The position numbers were made by a program, and so were the translations under genes. A stretch of 64,000 bases of DNA, taken from contig JAHFRU010000006.1 of assembly GCA_023266115.1 (NCBI GenBank), positions 67,496 through 131,495 of the forward strand, read 5' to 3'. Position 1 is the stretch's first letter; every line of letters starts with the position of its first letter. The DNA comes from Gammaproteobacteria bacterium (lineage in GTDB: Bacteria; Pseudomonadota; Gammaproteobacteria; VBWC01). The notes beneath the pieces are model-generated. The model was not told the DNA's origin and made no database searches. It was given only the letters and a program-made list of their open reading frames with translations. Below, in pieces: positions 59,018-64,000 of this stretch.

Positions 59018-59608
59018 TCACGGCGCCGGGCGGCGCATCACTACGTACAAGCTAACGTTACGATTGTTGGCGCGGCCTGCAGCGTTCCAGTGTTCGTCGA
59101 CCGGATCACGTTCGCCGGCCGCGCCCATCGCCAGGCGTTCACCGGCAATGCCGCGATTGATCAAATACGTTTTGACCGCTATGGCGCGCTTCTCGGCGAG
59201 GTTATCGTTATACCCCTCGGTGCCGGTGCTATCGGTATGCCCGTTGATATACACCCGATGTACGTTTTCAAGATTGAGTAACAGATATATGGCGGCGGCA
59301 TCGAGTGAGCGGGTGGCCTGTCCGTTGACCGAGGCTTTATTATGGTCGAAAGGCACTCTCGCGAGCGTCACGTACGCGAATTCCGTCCCGACACAACTCA
59401 TCGCCTTGGGATCAATATTGAGCGGCGGGCATTCAAACAGCACATCGGCTGACTGCCGGATGGTCGGGGCGCCTGGCGCCGACGATACCTGTGGCGCCAT
59501 TGCAACCGTGACAGGTTCCGGCACGCCAGTGTCTCCGATCACGAACCCGGTGACTAACCAGCCCGATATCGCGAGGGAAATGGCGCCGAGTTTCCGTTGT
59601 TTTTCCAT
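59018..59608 (-). CDS. OmpA-family protein (C-terminal OmpA/MotB peptidoglycan-binding domain, N-terminal signal/anchor)
   Basis: The OmpA-like motif NGHTDSTGTEGYNDNLAEKRAIAVKTYL is present. The likely start is Met-24 of the track ORF (MEKQRKLGAISLAISGWLVTGFVIG). Confidence 0.7.
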   Translation of the reverse strand: MEKQRKLGAISLAISGWLVTGFVIGDTGVPEPVTVAMAPQVSSAPGAPTIRQSADVLFECPPLNIDPKAMSCVGTEFAYVTLARVPFDHNKASVNGQATRSLDAAAIYLLLNLENVHRVYINGHTDSTGTEGYNDNLAEKRAIAVKTYLINRGIAGERLAMGAAGERDPVDEHWNAAGRANNRNVSLYVVMRRPAP

Positions 59609-59809
59609 TGGTGACAGCACCCAGGCTGGTGATGGCAAGGTGGCAAAAGCTGCCGTATTACCCCCAGATATCGGCAAGATGTGCCCCTTCTTAAATTGCG
59701 GAATCGCCGGGTTTTGAGCCGGCAGAGTTCTGTGCGGAGGCTATTCTGCTGGTGTCACGAAGCCAACAAACTTATTATGGCTGTTTCTCGGATCAATCGG
59801 GTCACGGCG

Positions 59810-60862
59810 ATGGCGAGCGCGCAAGGTTCGGTAATAAAGGCAGTGGAATGGGCTGGTGGCGGCGTGCGGCTGCTCGATCAGCGCATCCTGCCGGGAAAAA
59901 TTAACTATTTGTTTTATAAAGAATCATCCGGCGTCGCGTCAGCAATACGGGAGATGGTCGTCCGCGGTGCGCCGGCGATCGGTATTGCGGCGGCCTACGG
60001 CGTCGTTTGTGCAGCGCGCCGCCGGTACGCACTATCGCCCGGAACCTGGCAGCGGGAAATTGCTGTGGATTTTGCCGAGCTTGCCGACAGTCGGCCGACG
60101 GCCGTCAATCTGCGCTGGGCGCTGGATCGCATGAAGTCCCGGCTGGGCGACATTTCCGGCGATCCCGAGCCCGCTCTGCTCGCCGAAGCGCGCCGTGTCC
60201 ACGACGAGGACATCGCGGCCAACCGCCGCATGGGCGACCTGGGTGCGCAGCTTATCGATCAACGCTGTGCGGTGCTGACCCATTGCAATGCCGGCGCGCT
60301 CGCGACCGGTGGTTTTGGGACCGCCCTCGGGGTGGTGCGGGCGGCCTATGCGAGCGGGCACATTTCTCTGGTGTATGCCGACGAGACGCGGCCGTGGTTG
60401 CAAGGGTCCCGGCTGACAGCGTGGGAACTCGTGCAGGATCACATTCCGGTAACGCTGATAGGTGATGGCGCCGCCGCGCACTTGCTCAAACAGGGTGGCG
60501 TCAAGTGGATTATCGTTGGTGCGGACCGTATCGCCGCGAACGGCGATGCCGCCAACAAGATCGGCACCTACAATCTGGCGGTGGTAGCACGCCACCATGG
60601 CGTGAAGTTTATGGTGGTGGCGCCGACGTCGACGATCGATATGCAGACAGCAACCGGCCACGATATCCCGATCGAGGAGCGCGCGGCCGATGAGTTGCTG
60701 AGCGTTGCCGGTGTCAGGATTGCCGCCGAGGGCGCGCAGGCCTGGAATCCAGTGTTCGACGTGACACCGGCGGACCTGATCGATGTCATAGTCACCGAAA
60801 AGGGTGTTGTCGCTGCGCCGGATGCCCGGAAAATGGCTGCCTTGATGAAAGCTGATCGTTAG
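59810..60862 (+). CDS. mtnA: S-methyl-5-thioribose-1-phosphate isomerase (eIF-2B alpha/beta/delta family)
   Basis: The motifs [33 protein letters not shown] and ...HCNAGALAT... are present. The start is Met-44 (59810) or Met-33 (59777) of the track ORF, not 59681. Confidence 0.85.
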   Translation: MASAQGSVIKAVEWAGGGVRLLDQRILPGKINYLFYKESSGVASAIREMVVRGAPAIGIAAAYGVVCAARRRYALSPGTWQREIAVDFAELADSRPTAVNLRWALDRMKSRLGDISGDPEPALLAEARRVHDEDIAANRRMGDLGAQLIDQRCAVLTHCNAGALATGGFGTALGVVRAAYASGHISLVYADETRPWLQGSRLTAWELVQDHIPVTLIGDGAAAHLLKQGGVKWIIVGADRIAANGDAANKIGTYNLAVVARHHGVKFMVVAPTSTIDMQTATGHDIPIEERAADELLSVAGVRIAAEGAQAWNPVFDVTPADLIDVIVTEKGVVAAPDARKMAALMKADR

Positions 60863-61018
60863 TGACTTGGTTTATGGCATCGCGTTATTTCTGATGAATT
60901 TTACGCGGCTATTTATGCTAAAATTCCTTCGTTCAAGAAGTATCAGGGTTCCCGGCGGACTAATAAACAAAAATCATGATGCCCGCACCGAAACACAGTT
61001 GATCGATCCAGTCACACG

Positions 61019-63556
<2,538 letters not shown>

Positions 63557-63622
63557 CAATTTCGAACGCGTGGTGACAATACTCTGCACCGTTCCGGGTA
63601 GCAGACAATGGGAGCATATTTG

Positions 63623-64000
63623 ATGTCGCGTGTGTATAACTTCAGCCCCGGGCCGGCCATGCTGCCCGAGGAAGTGTTGCAGCGGGTCCAGCACGAATTA
63701 CTGGATTGGCAAGGCCGCGGAATGTCCGTGATGGAAATGAGTCATCGCGGTAACGCATTCATGTCGATTGCGACGAAGTCGCTCGCGGATTTACGCGAAT
63801 TGCTGGTGATTCCGGACAATTATCGCGTGCTGTTTCTGCAGGGTGGCGCGACCGGACAATTTGCCGCCGTGCCGATGAATCTTCTCGGCGGCAAGAGCCA
63901 GGCCGACTATGTCAACACGGGCATCTGGTCGAAAAAGGCGATCGAAGAGGCCGGGAAATACTGCCGTGTGAACGTCGCGGCGTCGGCGGAGCGCAGCAAA
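63623..64000 (+). CDS. serC: Phosphoserine aminotransferase (5' part; continues beyond the window end)
   Basis: ATG at 63623 begins [50 protein letters not shown], the characteristic SerC N-terminus. The gyrA-serC order is as in Pseudomonas. It is absent from the ORF track because it is open at the window end. Confidence 0.9.
   Translation, partial: MSRVYNFSPGPAMLPEEVLQRVQHELLDWQGRGMSVMEMSHRGNAFMSIATKSLADLRELLVIPDNYRVLFLQGGATGQFAAVPMNLLGGKSQADYVNTGIWSKKAIEEAGKYCRVNVAASAERSK

Overview
This is a high-GC (roughly 60-65%) gammaproteobacterial chromosome segment. Gene order resembles Pseudomonas and Ectothiorhodospira-type genomes (inference from synteny only). No tRNA or rRNA genes, CRISPR array, transposase or integrase was recognised on either strand.

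Positions 1-32,000 form one long collinear housekeeping block, almost all on the + strand after the divergent map|rpsB junction. The order is dapD (3' partial), a rhomboid/rhombosortase-like gene, glnD, map, then rpsB-tsf-pyrH-frr-uppS-cdsA-dxr-rseP-bamA-skp-lpxD-fabZ-lpxA-lpxB-rnhB-dnaE-accA-tilS-pyrG-kdsA-eno-ftsB-ispD-ispF-truD.

Positions 32,000-40,100 look accessory. They hold a DUF2892 membrane protein, a Cys-rich Crp/Fnr regulator, a type I-beta DAHP synthase, the agmatine deiminase pathway genes aguB and aguA, and a c-di-GMP module. That module is a GGDEF cyclase divergently paired with an orphan MshE/GspE-family ATPase carrying tandem MshEN c-di-GMP-binding motifs.

Next come the hpnC-hpnD-hpnE squalene (hopanoid precursor) operon and an exopolysaccharide locus with exosortase/PEP-CTERM-type hallmarks. 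The locus encodes a split Wzz-like protein, a BY-kinase-like ATPase with a degenerate P-loop, galE, vanZ, a tviB/wbpO-like dehydrogenase, a 4-epimerase, gmd, fcl and a PrsT-like TPR lipoprotein.

The window closes with a Pseudomonas-like block on the minus strand: rmuC, gph, ubiG, mtaD and an ompA-like gene, then mtnA, gyrA and a 5' partial serC on the + strand.

Many long ORFs antisense to real genes are artefacts of stop-codon-poor high-GC DNA and were rejected. My hand-counted coordinates inside printed lines can be off by 1-2 nt; I used ORF-track frames as reference. Several starts were moved inward on homology and RBS grounds.
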